Below the pieces are notes generated by a model. The model was not told the origin of the DNA. It ran no database searches and was given only the letters and a program-made list of their open reading frames with translations. This document shows positions 1 through 8,760 of a DNA stretch of 37,179 nt, one piece after another; positions within the stretch are counted from its first letter, which is position 1, and each line of letters starts with the position of its first letter. The stretch lies in the IMG/VR virus record IMGVR_UViG_3300032269_000625, positions 1 through 37,179 of that record, one strand, 5' to 3'. Made by a program: the position numbers and the translations under genes. This DNA is from a virus. Lineage: Duplodnaviria; Caudoviricetes.

Positions 1-370
1 CTTTTGGGCAACCAACGACAGGAGGAAGCTCCTTATACCCTGGCTCCAAGCCTCTTCCTTGGGTGGTCGCCCAATTCGTGCTTCGGTCGCCCTTTCCCTG
101 TGTTTCTATAAAGACATAAGGAACGGTGGGAGGAAGCCCCGAAAGGAGGTCTGCGTGAGACTGTATATCTATATGCTTGATCACGCATCTCGTTCCATCC
201 TTACATGCAGATTCCCTGATCAACTCAAACATATCTAGATCGCAGTTGCTTAAGGAGTCTGAGATTAAGTAGAACGTCAAGTCGCTTTTGCGGTTTGATG
301 CTATCGCCGTGAACACGCTAAGTCTTGCCTGTCTCGCCCAAGACGAATCGAACGTAAGAGCTATATTCAT
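1..370 (-). CDS. Glycosyltransferase family 8-like protein, N-terminal part (truncated by window edge)
   Basis: Not in the ORF track. ATG at 370 overlaps the glf stop (ATGA) and the frame is open to base 1. My translation MNIALTFDSSWARQARLSVFTAIASNRKSDLTFYLISDSLS resembles the GT8 (RfaJ/GspA-like) N-terminus. No DxD motif is visible within the window. Confidence 0.65.
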   Translation of the reverse strand, partial: MNIALTFDSSWARQARLSVFTAIASNRKSDLTFYLISDSLSNCDLDMFELIRESACKDGTRCVIKHIDIQSHADLLSGLPPTVPYVFIETQGKGDRSTNWATTQGRGLEPGYKELPPVVGCPK

Positions 371-1353
371 TTACGTGCAAACCTCAGTAATACTTGTTTT
401 ATTGCCATCCACATATCGAGGTATGTGTAGGTGGCGAGCCTCCCAACGAAAACTACGCGACTTTCGCGGTCTGCCAGATCTTTGTACTTTGCGTATGTCT
501 TTAGTCCTGACCCGAAAGGAATTGGGTAAAAAGGAATGTCGGATCTCCCGCATTCCTTGGGTAGCTCCCTTGTTATGACAGTAGTTTCAGTATGCGATTC
601 CGTGAAATACGCATTATCGTAAGATCGCGTATACGGCGTTGAGCGTGTGTTGTGATTGATTACAGCGCAGGGCAACCTTCTGGATGTTATGGTGTGCTCT
701 AGGTCAAGCGAACGATAAGGAAGATCCCCATAAACATAGTTGAAGTACTCGTCAATTTTGCCTGTATAAATAGTAATATCTGCATCGTAATCCTTCCATT
801 CTGTCTTGGCGGATCCCAGTATGACCTCAACCCCTTCAAGCATCCTTGAGACCATTTGGGTGTATCCATCTTTAGGAAGGCACTGGTACTCCTGACCTTC
901 GAACCAAGACGGATCCTCGCAGTCTTGCGTCTTGGGTATCCTATTCGTGATAGTCCTTGGTACTTCGCTGAATGGAACGCCCCATTGTTTTTCAGAATAA
1001 TCCTTGAATATAACATCTGTAATCTCTTCTTGGGTAAGTTCTCTCCCAAGCTCTGATTTCGTCTTTTTGCTGTATGGTAACGAAATTAGGCCAAGTTTTG
1101 TTTCTCCCTTGGGCCGGTGCTTGTATTCCGTCCAATCCGTGAACCTACTCAAGAAGCCAAACACCTCCTTGTCGTCGGTATGAAAAAAATGCGGTCCGTA
1201 ATTATGCGTCATGGTTCCGCCTAAGATGCTGTCGTAGCAATTTCCTGCGATGTGGGGTCTTGTCTCAAATAAGCGAACAGCGTAGCCAGCACTTTTAAGC
1301 ACGACGGCGGCCGTTGCCCCAGATAGACCGCCACCGATGATCCGAGCCTTCAT
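367..1353 (-). CDS. glf: UDP-galactopyranose mutase
   Basis: FAD-binding IIGGGLSG plus the UGM signatures YGPHFFHT, LPYRSL, PFYP and GRLATYTYLDM. Confidence 0.93.
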   Translation of the reverse strand: MKARIIGGGLSGATAAVVLKSAGYAVRLFETRPHIAGNCYDSILGGTMTHNYGPHFFHTDDKEVFGFLSRFTDWTEYKHRPKGETKLGLISLPYSKKTKSELGRELTQEEITDVIFKDYSEKQWGVPFSEVPRTITNRIPKTQDCEDPSWFEGQEYQCLPKDGYTQMVSRMLEGVEVILGSAKTEWKDYDADITIYTGKIDEYFNYVYGDLPYRSLDLEHTITSRRLPCAVINHNTRSTPYTRSYDNAYFTESHTETTVITRELPKECGRSDIPFYPIPFGSGLKTYAKYKDLADRESRVVFVGRLATYTYLDMWMAIKQVLLRFARK

Positions 1354-1820
1354 TTAGCCCTACACCAAGCGTCGTAATACCCTTGGCCCCACCACGTTAC
1401 TATCTCTTCGCCCTTCTTGATCTGCTTGGTTGCTCCAAACACCATAAGAAGCTGATCTGGAATGATTGCGAAGGAGGCGTTTGCGTCCTCCTGCTTGTCG
1501 GCACAATTATAGATCGCTCCATACCCGAGCGGGAGGATGTAGCGGGTTCCGTTGGCAGGGCAGTTAAGCAAGCAGGGGGGTCGCGTCGGTCCCGGATTGC
1601 AATGACATGAAACGCTGTAGGCATACCTTGAAATCGTTGAGTCGCGCTGATACTTCGCCGGCCAGTCGAATATCATACAATGGCAAAACTCTATTGCCTC
1701 TTCCTTTTCAAAGTCTTTGCTGGCAAATACTCCCATCCCCTTATGACCAGCACCCTTCAGGCTGACGGAAGGCAGATAGCCGGAGTTCTTTATCTCCGAA
1801 TACTTCTCGACCAAGTTCAC
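1350..1820 (-). CDS. SET-domain protein (putative lysine methyltransferase)
   Basis: KGMGVFA, LGYGAIYN and ATKQIKKGEEI motifs. Start moved to the GTG at 1820, which overlaps the upstream stop. Confidence 0.85.
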   Translation of the reverse strand: MNLVEKYSEIKNSGYLPSVSLKGAGHKGMGVFASKDFEKEEAIEFCHCMIFDWPAKYQRDSTISRYAYSVSCHCNPGPTRPPCLLNCPANGTRYILPLGYGAIYNCADKQEDANASFAIIPDQLLMVFGATKQIKKGEEIVTWWGQGYYDAWCRAK

Positions 1821-2392
1821 CGATAAACTCCGAAAACAGAGTGCCAAGTCCCCTCAAGCAAGTGGGCGAAGTGACTTTCATCCCGTTTCTCGTAATACTT
1901 CTTGTAAACCTTTGCTGGGACAGACTTGATAAGCTTCTTTCTGACCCACAACTGCGCTCCAACCATAAAGGATCCGCTTCTTGGAGGCTTCCCATCCCAA
2001 GGGTATCCGTGCAGCTGTTCGTGCATATCCCCAAGCTCAAAAGGCCAAGGCTTGTCGTTTGCTATATTGACTCCTAGGTAGGCCATTGATCTTGGATCGT
2101 CTTGGGCTACGGCCTGTATTTGAGAGATCGATCCGTGTTTAAGAAAGTCGCCCTGCACAAATAGGGTAATATCTGCCAACTTGTCCCGATTGTGGATGAT
2201 GTGCCATAGATACTGACCAGCCTCACGTCCTCCGTTCGGGATCCTTGTAATCGGAAGCTTGCCCAGCTTGTCTTTTTTAGCCTCTCGGATCCCATCAGTA
2301 GCCCGATAGATAGTCTTTTTCCAAGCCTTCGGGACATCTTTGATCCATTCCAACTGCTCGCTATATGATGCAACCACGATTTCTAATTTCAT
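1817..2392 (-). CDS. DUF3431-family protein
   Basis: IVVASY..E.LEW and GREAGQYLWHIIHNRDKLADITLFVQG motifs. Confidence 0.8.
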   Translation of the reverse strand: MKLEIVVASYSEQLEWIKDVPKAWKKTIYRATDGIREAKKDKLGKLPITRIPNGGREAGQYLWHIIHNRDKLADITLFVQGDFLKHGSISQIQAVAQDDPRSMAYLGVNIANDKPWPFELGDMHEQLHGYPWDGKPPRSGSFMVGAQLWVRKKLIKSVPAKVYKKYYEKRDESHFAHLLEGTWHSVFGVYR

Positions 2393-2742
2393 TTTTTAAC
2401 TCCTCTTAATTTTAGCGGCCACCGCTTCTGGATGTTGCGGGTGTGTCTCTTGAGTGCTTCGGCAACAGCGGCCGGAGTCCACCCCATGTTCGCTAAATCG
2501 GTGATAATATTGTGTCGAATGGTGTCCAAATTCTCGCCCTTCGCTCGGCTTACCAGCTCGTCGTAGGCAACCTTGTATTTATTACACAGCCCACCAAGAT
2601 CCTTGGAGATAGTTGCCGCTCTAGGATTACTGCTTGAAGAACCAAGCGAGACAATGCCCTCAAGCATGGTAACTCGCTTCTCCACATCTGCGACGCGGTA
2701 GGTAATGGCAGCCCAAACATGCTCTCTTGGATCGCTAATCAT
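2389..2742 (-). CDS. Hypothetical protein with a DnaA-C-terminal-like HTH
   Basis: C-terminal segment YKVAYDELVSRAK...IRHNIITDLANMGWTPAAVAEALKRH resembles DnaA domain IV. Coupled by 4-bp overlaps on both sides. Confidence 0.5.
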   Translation of the reverse strand: MISDPREHVWAAITYRVADVEKRVTMLEGIVSLGSSSSNPRAATISKDLGGLCNKYKVAYDELVSRAKGENLDTIRHNIITDLANMGWTPAAVAEALKRHTRNIQKRWPLKLRGVKK

Positions 2743-3206
2743 GCTGTAGCCCGCTTCATCACAATCTTACTTTTAGTGGTTTCGACTAAGAGGCTCTGCA
2801 AGTCAGCAAGCTTGCTTAGTCCAGGGTTTCTTTGTGAAGTAGCGTGAATGAGGTCCTCGGTCTTTTCCATGAACTCAATCTTATCGAGCTTTTGCATCTC
2901 TTCGGCTTTCGCGTACTGGTCGGGGGTAAGCCATTGAGCCAGAAAGTTCCATCCAGACTGGGGAAGCATTATGCAAGCACTACGAATCGAGTAGCAGATG
3001 CCGTTCTTGGCGCAGAAGTTCTCAACCTTGATCTTACGATCCGTATATTTGCGCTCGTCCTTGTCCCAAACCTTTCCGATTCCGCCAAGTTCTTGGATGA
3101 TTGACAATGCGTCAAAGATCCACGCACCATGCTTCTCGATTAGGCCTTGCTTTGTTACGCGATCATATTCTGACCGCTTTTGATCTGCTCTTGTTTCTGG
3201 TTTCAT
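2739..3206 (-). CDS. Hypothetical protein
   Basis: 155 aa ORF packed into the minus-strand operon. Confidence 0.7.
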   Translation of the reverse strand: MKPETRADQKRSEYDRVTKQGLIEKHGAWIFDALSIIQELGGIGKVWDKDERKYTDRKIKVENFCAKNGICYSIRSACIMLPQSGWNFLAQWLTPDQYAKAEEMQKLDKIEFMEKTEDLIHATSQRNPGLSKLADLQSLLVETTKSKIVMKRATA

Positions 3207-3209
3207 AAA

Positions 3210-3872
3210 TTATAGCCCTGCCTCAACAAGCCTTCGTTTCGCCTGTCTCCATTCCTCTTCGCTTGAGTAGCCCTGCACCATCCACGCTGGCTCAGATGAC
3301 TTTTCTGGCTTGGCCGTTGCAATCTTGATTGTCCCCTCGCACTTCATGAGCCAGTTCTGGATAAAGCGAAGGGTCATCCGCCGTTCCGGCCGTGTAGCCA
3401 GCCAAGCCTTCATTTTCGCAAGCTGATCTCGAACATTTACCCCTCTGGCGTGATGTTCGTTGAGTAGGGCGTTGAGCCGATTCTGGTCGGCTGGATTGCC
3501 CTGAAGAAACAGATCAAAGCTATCAAATACTTTCTCAAGCCGTTCCTCGACCATGTGTTCCCGAGCCTTGGCCTTGCGCTCCTCTTCGCGGATCATCCTT
3601 CGGCAGTAGGGAACCTTGCTTCCGTCCCGACTCCAAAGCTGGGAGGCCTCGATCTCGTCACGCATTCTGGTCAATTGATCTTGGGTGAGCTTGTACCGCT
3701 CCATTAGATCCTCGCTACGCCACGGCCGGCCGTTGGGCTTAAGCAGGAAACCACGCCGAGGGCTTTCGTGCATTAGGATCACAAGCTCAAACCAGAATGC
3801 TCTGGTCTCCCATGAGAGGTTTGCCGTGTCGGCACGCCAAGCCTTTGGAGAAAAACGGATAGCGACTTCCAT
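3210..3872 (-). CDS. Putative phage replication initiation protein (YdaU/DUF1376-like N-terminus)
   Basis: FSPKAWRAD..LSWETRAFWFELVILMHESPRRGFL...CRRMIR pattern typical of phage replication proteins. C-terminal RFIQNWL. Confidence 0.6.
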   Translation of the reverse strand: MEVAIRFSPKAWRADTANLSWETRAFWFELVILMHESPRRGFLLKPNGRPWRSEDLMERYKLTQDQLTRMRDEIEASQLWSRDGSKVPYCRRMIREEERKAKAREHMVEERLEKVFDSFDLFLQGNPADQNRLNALLNEHHARGVNVRDQLAKMKAWLATRPERRMTLRFIQNWLMKCEGTIKIATAKPEKSSEPAWMVQGYSSEEEWRQAKRRLVEAGL

Positions 3873-4067
3873 TTACGCTTCACCCTTTTTCTCCCCCAGT
3901 TCCTCTACTTTTTCGCTAAGCTCGCGAGTCAGTTGCCTAACCTCATGTTTTAGATGTCCGTTCTCTAGGAACAGAGCCTCATTGGCCTCGCGCATTTGAC
4001 GCAAGCCGACATAAAGAATTGCCTCTGCAGCGTTATTAAAGGTTGGGGGTGTAGTACTGTTTAGCAT
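3873..4067 (-). CDS. Small coiled-coil hypothetical protein
   Basis: Start reassigned to the ATG at 4067 (MLNSTT), which overlaps the rusA end. Confidence 0.6.
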   Translation of the reverse strand: MLNSTTPPTFNNAAEAILYVGLRQMREANEALFLENGHLKHEVRQLTRELSEKVEELGEKKGEA

Positions 4068-4513
4068 CTTGTGACCTTTGGAATTAGTAGTCTTGAGATT
4101 GAAATTTCGATCTTCGGATCCTCGCCTTGGGCGGAATAAAATTTTGATGTTTCGCCAGCACATATTTGGCCGTCATCTTTCCAGAAGCCGGCAATCGTCA
4201 GCGCATCCATCAAAGGCTTGAGCATGTTGTCTCGATCCGGCCGAACTGGTGCGAATACCCGCTCCTTGCCCTTGAGTGCTTTTGGGCGGGAAAGAATAAA
4301 GGAGACGTCAACACGGAGCGGTCCCTCCAATGGCCTTGGAGGACGTGAAGTCCTTGCCAAGGCTCCGAGGAGATCCACGTATCCCTTGCTCCGCTTGTCC
4401 CTGAAAACCCTGCCACGACCAAACCGGAGTCCGGATTGGATGGTCTTGGGCTTTACCTCAAGGATCAGTCGGATCGCAGAGTCTGGATTGCCGCTTTTAG
4501 TTTCTGTTTCCAT
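4061..4513 (-). CDS. rusA: RusA-family Holliday junction resolvase
   Basis: RPDRDNMLKPLMDALT...WKDDGQI catalytic motif and PLEGPLRVDVSF. Confidence 0.9.
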   Translation of the reverse strand: METETKSGNPDSAIRLILEVKPKTIQSGLRFGRGRVFRDKRSKGYVDLLGALARTSRPPRPLEGPLRVDVSFILSRPKALKGKERVFAPVRPDRDNMLKPLMDALTIAGFWKDDGQICAGETSKFYSAQGEDPKIEISISRLLIPKVTRC

Positions 4514-4722
4514 GATCTTTTGTGTCCTTTGATTCGAACCAAGGCCTTGCCGTTGCCTACTGGGAAGATGTCTAGTGGCCCCGCCTCGGCTGTCATTCCG
4601 ATGGCAATTGGCCCCCAGAAGTGGATGTAGGCATACACAGCGTTCCGCCAGAAAGCCTGTTGCTTTCGCTCTAGGCCAAGCTTGGCTTCCTGCGCTTGCC
4701 GTGATGAGGGACGGCTAGGCAT
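4465..4722 (-). CDS. Hypothetical protein
   Basis: ATG at 4722 (MPSRPSS) overlaps the upstream stop and fills the operon gap. Confidence 0.55.
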   Translation of the reverse strand: MPSRPSSRQAQEAKLGLERKQQAFWRNAVYAYIHFWGPIAIGMTAEAGPLDIFPVGNGKALVRIKGHKRSWKQKLKAAIQTLRSD

Positions 4723-4888
4723 CAGAGTAGTCCCTCTTAACATTGACCTTCTTGGCGGTCTTGGCTGACTTGCGGAAGTTCTCGGCCGAAGGCGCACCCT
4801 CGGCTCCTGGCTTCCTCATCTTCTCTCCGCTGCCGGCCTCGATTCTCCGCCTCTTGGCGTGGATATTTGCGTAAAGACCTTTTTTCAT
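4715..4888 (-). CDS. Small basic phage protein (MKKGLYANIHAKRRRI family)
   Basis: 57 aa. I recall the GLYANIHAKR..I.AGSGEKMRKPG..GAP pattern from uncultured aquatic phages. The start abuts the upstream stop. Confidence 0.75.
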   Translation of the reverse strand: MKKGLYANIHAKRRRIEAGSGEKMRKPGAEGAPSAENFRKSAKTAKKVNVKRDYSDA

Positions 4889-5127
4889 CAAAAGTCCACG
4901 GATTCTTTGGTCTTTGGACGCTCTGGGGCTACGAGAGGGGAGACGGCGAGGGAGAGGTAGGTCTGCCCAGCCTTCGACTTTTTGATCCATCCAGCGAGAC
5001 GCCACTTCTCGGACATCACGGTGACAGTGCCGGTGTAGTCCGGCTGTTTCTCTGTCTGCTTCTTTTCGTTGCGGAACAAGACTCCGCTGTTGTCTTTGTC
5101 TTGAGTTACTTGGTTTGGTGTATTCAT
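4888..5127 (-). CDS. DUF736-like small protein, possible ssDNA-binding protein
   Basis: NSGVLFRNEKK..EKQPDYTG...LAGWIKKSKAG.TYLSL pattern, acidic DF C-terminus, located in the recombination module. Confidence 0.7.
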   Translation of the reverse strand: MNTPNQVTQDKDNSGVLFRNEKKQTEKQPDYTGTVTVMSEKWRLAGWIKKSKAGQTYLSLAVSPLVAPERPKTKESVDF

Positions 5128-5651
5128 TGATTTCCTTTATTGTTGGTTGTTTGGTTTCTATTCCTGACATTCACCCAGCTCTTGCTCTTCGCGTAAGCCA
5201 CGGTCCCAAGATCCACGCCGTAGCGGGCCGCTATCTCGCCCTCAGTCATTCCTTGGTCGTAAAGCTGTTTCCACGCAGCCCATCTCTTCGCCACCGATTT
5301 TGCGTCCCTAACGTAAATTCCTTTTTTGCCATGCTGTTTACACAAGTTACGAACCTCTGCCATCTTTCCAGTTTCCTCGGCAAGCTTTGTGGTCAGAGAC
5401 TTGTACTGCTCAAACTTGGTGAGCAAATTAAGGAATTGGGATTGGAGATCCGAAATAATGACTCTCAAGCGAGTGACTTCGTCTGCGAGGATTGAGGCCT
5501 GCGAATCAGCAATCATCTTGCTTACTTCCTCATGATTTACCGGAAGCTGTGGTATACCAATCGGGATAGGGCTGGATTTCGCCGTGATGCGGATAGGCCT
5601 CACAACTGAAACTCTCCCGATATTCCTCTCAAATGCTTTGAGCAGGCTCAT
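5124..5651 (-). CDS. Coiled-coil plus C-terminal HTH protein
   Basis: LYDQGMTEGEIAARYGVDLGTVAYA HTH. Start at ATG 5651 overlaps the upstream stop. Confidence 0.65.
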   Translation of the reverse strand: MSLLKAFERNIGRVSVVRPIRITAKSSPIPIGIPQLPVNHEEVSKMIADSQASILADEVTRLRVIISDLQSQFLNLLTKFEQYKSLTTKLAEETGKMAEVRNLCKQHGKKGIYVRDAKSVAKRWAAWKQLYDQGMTEGEIAARYGVDLGTVAYAKSKSWVNVRNRNQTTNNKGNQ

Positions 5652-6715
5652 CCCGCCCTCACTAACTTCTGGATTGTTCGAGTTTTGAGACACTCCCCCA
5701 GAACAGCCGATGTCTTGCCCTTGACCTCTTTGGCGCTGATGCCTTGCTTTTCTTTTAAGACCCTCTCAAGTTTCGTGATTGATACATCAGAGCAAACCAT
5801 CGCAACGCCTTGGCCGAAGGCATCCGCAATACGCTCCATCGCATCTGCGGGGTCATCTATGTAGCGAATGTCGCTCTCGGTAATCTTCCAGCCGGGGACT
5901 TCGACCCCGCTAGACAGCAAATCCTTGGCCTTTTTCTTTATGACATCGGCAACCTTTTCAGCGATAGATGCTGCCTCAAGGAGTTTAGGGAGATCCGCTA
6001 CATCAATGATCTGGTAGTCGCTTGGTTGTTTGGCGAGCGCCAGCCCCATGCCTTGCCCTTCGGGGCAAACGGAGAGGCCGGTGCAGTATAGGCAGTGCAT
6101 CCCAGCAGCCCTTGGGGCCAAAGGCTGTGACGACCTCTGCAACGCCGTCAGAATCTTCTCTTTCCAAAGCCTTATGCCTTGTCCAGTCAGATGCCAAAGG
6201 TCATTACTCCCGCCAAGCTGAATGATCGCTGAGTAGACCTCTGTAAATCCGTAACGACTCGCCGCCATAACTGCGAGCGCAGCAAGCTGTGCGTTGTCCT
6301 TGGCTGGGACAATGATCTGGCCGGTCTTGTAATCCACTACTAGACCGATGACATCATCGCCAATCGTTCCTGAGTAAATCACGTCTGGCTTGCCAGTCAT
6401 TACAACCTTCTTTTTGTCCTCGAGAACCATCCGCATTTCCGCCTGACATAGGGTCACATCCGACCCGATCATCATTGAGAACTCCTTAACTACCTTGTCG
6501 GAGATCTCCTTGAGCTTGTCGGCTACCCAGAGCTGGTCTGGAGTTGCGTCGGGAACTTTTTGCCCCTCAAGAATCGAATGAATGATCGTGCCTTCGATTG
6601 CGGCCGATCCCGGCTCTGGCTTCGGGATGTCTTTGGTTAGGGCAACCGACCCTGGGCAAGCGATAACCCGCTCAATTCCAGATGCAGATGGTAATCCTAG
6701 TCTTTCGTCACTCAT
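5648..6715 (-). CDS. DUF2800 / PD-(D/E)XK (Cas4-like) exonuclease
   Basis: SAS..R.IACPGS, A.EGT..H, GKPD...VVDYKTG, NAQL and HC.YC....CP cysteine cluster. Confidence 0.85.
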   Translation of the reverse strand: MSDERLGLPSASGIERVIACPGSVALTKDIPKPEPGSAAIEGTIIHSILEGQKVPDATPDQLWVADKLKEISDKVVKEFSMMIGSDVTLCQAEMRMVLEDKKKVVMTGKPDVIYSGTIGDDVIGLVVDYKTGQIIVPAKDNAQLAALAVMAASRYGFTEVYSAIIQLGGSNDLWHLTGQGIRLWKEKILTALQRSSQPLAPRAAGMHCLYCTGLSVCPEGQGMGLALAKQPSDYQIIDVADLPKLLEAASIAEKVADVIKKKAKDLLSSGVEVPGWKITESDIRYIDDPADAMERIADAFGQGVAMVCSDVSITKLERVLKEKQGISAKEVKGKTSAVLGECLKTRTIQKLVRAG

Positions 6716-6920
6716 AGATGCCTTTCTGGCTGTGGTCCCAAGCGGTTCTTGCGATGCAAACCCAGAAATCCCCTACTCCATGAAGCTCTGCGCTTCTCTC
6801 AGCCTCTTCTTTGCTGATGAGGGTTGTGCTTGAAATAAACGCAACGGCCATGGCCTTGGCTGAATCTTCAAATCTTTTGCGATCTTCTTGGGTAACGTCT
6901 CGAAGCTCTAGGGTTGTCAT
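6708..6920 (-). CDS. Hypothetical protein
   Basis: ATG at 6920 (MTTLELRD) overlaps the upstream stop. Confidence 0.6.
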   Translation of the reverse strand: MTTLELRDVTQEDRKRFEDSAKAMAVAFISSTTLISKEEAERSAELHGVGDFWVCIARTAWDHSQKGIYE

Positions 6921-7234
6921 CCTTGCCTCCTGTAAAGAGGAGTCATCCGAGCATGGCTTCTGGGATCCTTCATCTTTACCCAATGCCCAGTCGAAACGAT
7001 TATCCCTCTAGCGATTGCGGTTCTCACAAAAGCTCCCCACGCATTCGGGTGCTTTGGCTCTGGAAGCTCCAAAAGCATGCGAAAGTCCTCTCCGGTGGCC
7101 TCTTCAAAGTCCAGATAGCGAAGGCGTGAAATCGCTATATCCATCCAGTCCTTGTTGTTGTCGATCACCGCTGTGATACCAGCGTCACGACGAAGCTCGC
7201 CCTCAAACAATGGGAGTTGCTCGGCGATGATCAT
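6917..7234 (-). CDS. Conserved phage hypothetical protein
   Basis: TGEDFR...PKHPNAWGA...ARGII pattern. Coupled to both neighbours. Confidence 0.7.
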   Translation of the reverse strand: MIIAEQLPLFEGELRRDAGITAVIDNNKDWMDIAISRLRYLDFEEATGEDFRMLLELPEPKHPNAWGAFVRTAIARGIIVSTGHWVKMKDPRSHARMTPLYRRQG

Positions 7235-7557
7235 AATCTTGCCTCCGCTCGGCGACTGGACTCAAAGGAACGCCAGATCTCGATCTTGGCTTGGGCTGCG
7301 ACAAACTTCCAACGGAGCGTCTCCTCGGCCACAACGGCCTCTTTCAACCCTTTTAGGCAATCCAGATAACGCTGATCGGCCAGAGCCTCTCGACTCTGCT
7401 GAGCTACGGACGAATCCCCATTGATCTCCTTCATAAGGATCGCCTTTAGGGAATCCTTGTATTCCGAGACGTAGATCCGCTCGGCTTTTGCCTTTGCCAT
7501 CTTTTCGGCGTTTGTCTGGATGAACTCGGCGGCCGCTATTGGGTCAATGTCACTCAC
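7231..7557 (-). CDS. Helical protein, possible UvsY-like recombination mediator
   Basis: AKAKAER.Y....K..KAILM...EALADQRY...IEIWRS pattern, next to ERF. The function is inferred. Confidence 0.55.
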   Translation of the reverse strand: MSDIDPIAAAEFIQTNAEKMAKAKAERIYVSEYKDSLKAILMKEINGDSSVAQQSREALADQRYLDCLKGLKEAVVAEETLRWKFVAAQAKIEIWRSFESSRRAEARL

Positions 7558-7699
7558 GGAGTTTATCCTTCAACCACAACGCGAACGCTGTGCATGCGAT
7601 AAGAATTGCTACGAAAAAGATCAGGAAGCCGGCGACAAATCCAATCCATACGAGCTTTCCGATTACGCTTGCTGGGATGTGTTCTATTATTAGATTCAT
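7550..7699 (-). CDS. 49 aa single-pass membrane protein
   Basis: My translation is MNLIIEHIPASVIGKLVWIGFVAGFLIFFVAILIACTAFALWLKDKLRE. It fits the gap exactly. Confidence 0.6.
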   Translation of the reverse strand: MNLIIEHIPASVIGKLVWIGFVAGFLIFFVAILIACTAFALWLKDKLRE

Positions 7700-7701
7700 A
7701 A

Positions 7702-8460
7702 TCAAAATGGAACTGGGTTGCCGTCGGCATCGGTTTCATTTTTTGGCTCGTAGGGCGGGACATCGCCCTTCTTGGTCTTGGTTTTGTTCAGCTCGTGTTC
7801 CGCCTTCCAGTCGTCAAGGGCTTTGCGGAATTCTCGGGAATCTGGGTATTTCGGATTAACCTCGAAATTCTGATACCACCACTCGACTGCTTTGGCTGGG
7901 ATCTCGGAAAGCTTCTGTCCCTTCCTTGCTCCAATAGGGCAAACAAACTCGCCCCAATGCTTTCGACCCTCAGTTACTACTCCCACAATCTTTGCGTCAA
8001 ACTGCTCAACCACCTTGCTGAGGATGTCTGCTTGTGGCTTGGGGGAGGGGGTTTGTCGGGTGTTCTGCGCTGAATTGCCGTCATCGTCCTCGTCAGCTGC
8101 AATCCCAAGCAGGGCAGACAGCCCATAACGGCGTGCGTAGGTAATCCCGGATCCCCAAGCTTGGGGGCCGTTGCTTCTGGCCGTGTCTCCAACTATTACC
8201 GGAGTGAATCCAGAGATGTACTGCCCAGAGATGTGAAGCAGGGTTGTTTCGATGCCGAACTGCCCATCCCGAACCTCGCCACCTTGAACCCAAGATAGAC
8301 CGAATTCGTGAATGACCGCGGCTGCCTCGTTAATTGCCTTGAGATCCGCATAGGCACTTCGGAAGTGCGGATTCGTGGCATTCTTCTTTGCTGACGGCAA
8401 CTTGGCTTGAGCCTTTACGAGACTAGCCGCAAGTTGGTCGATTTGTTCTGACCTTTGCAT
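7702..8460 (-). CDS. erf: ERF-family ssDNA annealing protein with an extra C-terminal domain
   Basis: KNATNPHFRSAYADL, TTLLHISGQ and GSGITYARRYGLSALLGIAADEDDDGN motifs. Confidence 0.92.
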   Translation of the reverse strand: MQRSEQIDQLAASLVKAQAKLPSAKKNATNPHFRSAYADLKAINEAAAVIHEFGLSWVQGGEVRDGQFGIETTLLHISGQYISGFTPVIVGDTARSNGPQAWGSGITYARRYGLSALLGIAADEDDDGNSAQNTRQTPSPKPQADILSKVVEQFDAKIVGVVTEGRKHWGEFVCPIGARKGQKLSEIPAKAVEWWYQNFEVNPKYPDSREFRKALDDWKAEHELNKTKTKKGDVPPYEPKNETDADGNPVPF

Positions 8461-8642
8461 GACTCCTCCTTTGCTTTTTGTAGTTCGTGGGTGACTATGG
8501 TTATGAAGTTCCAGCGGGGTGATTTACCGACTAGGAAATGAGCCACATTGCGTAGCTGTTTGCGGGCTGTGGGAAGGCAGACCTTCCATCTGCGGGCGAT
8601 ATCCTCTGCCGTAAGGGGAGGGTGCAAAAAGAGTTCGTTCAC
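8415..8642 (-). CDS. Excisionase-like HTH protein
   Basis: LTAEDIARRWKVC..TAR.....VGKSPRW winged-helix pattern. First gene of the arm, next to the att site. Confidence 0.6.
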   Translation of the reverse strand: MNELFLHPPLTAEDIARRWKVCLPTARKQLRNVAHFLVGKSPRWNFITIVTHELQKAKEESCKGQNKSTNLRLVS

Positions 8643-8730
8643 GAAGAAGCCTCCGTGAGGAAATTATTTATTAAATCAGAATGTACTCGAGGTTGTACTT
8701 GCCAGCGTAAGTCGTTGTGGCACAATATAC

Positions 8731-8760
8731 CGGTGCGGGGGGGATTCGAACCCCCGGTTC
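8731..8760 (-). other. attP-like core: 3' part of a tRNA (probably Ser)
   Basis: The minus strand reads GAACC-GGGGG-TTCGAAT-CCCCC-CCGCACC-G, i.e. a perfect T-arm, a 7-nt acceptor strand and a G discriminator. There is no 5' half, and it lies about 90 bp upstream of the integrase. Confidence 0.8.

Noticed and set aside
5648-6715. CRISPR-associated Cas4
   Set aside because: It is a stand-alone phage DUF2800-type nuclease in a recombination module, with no cas1/cas2 or array.
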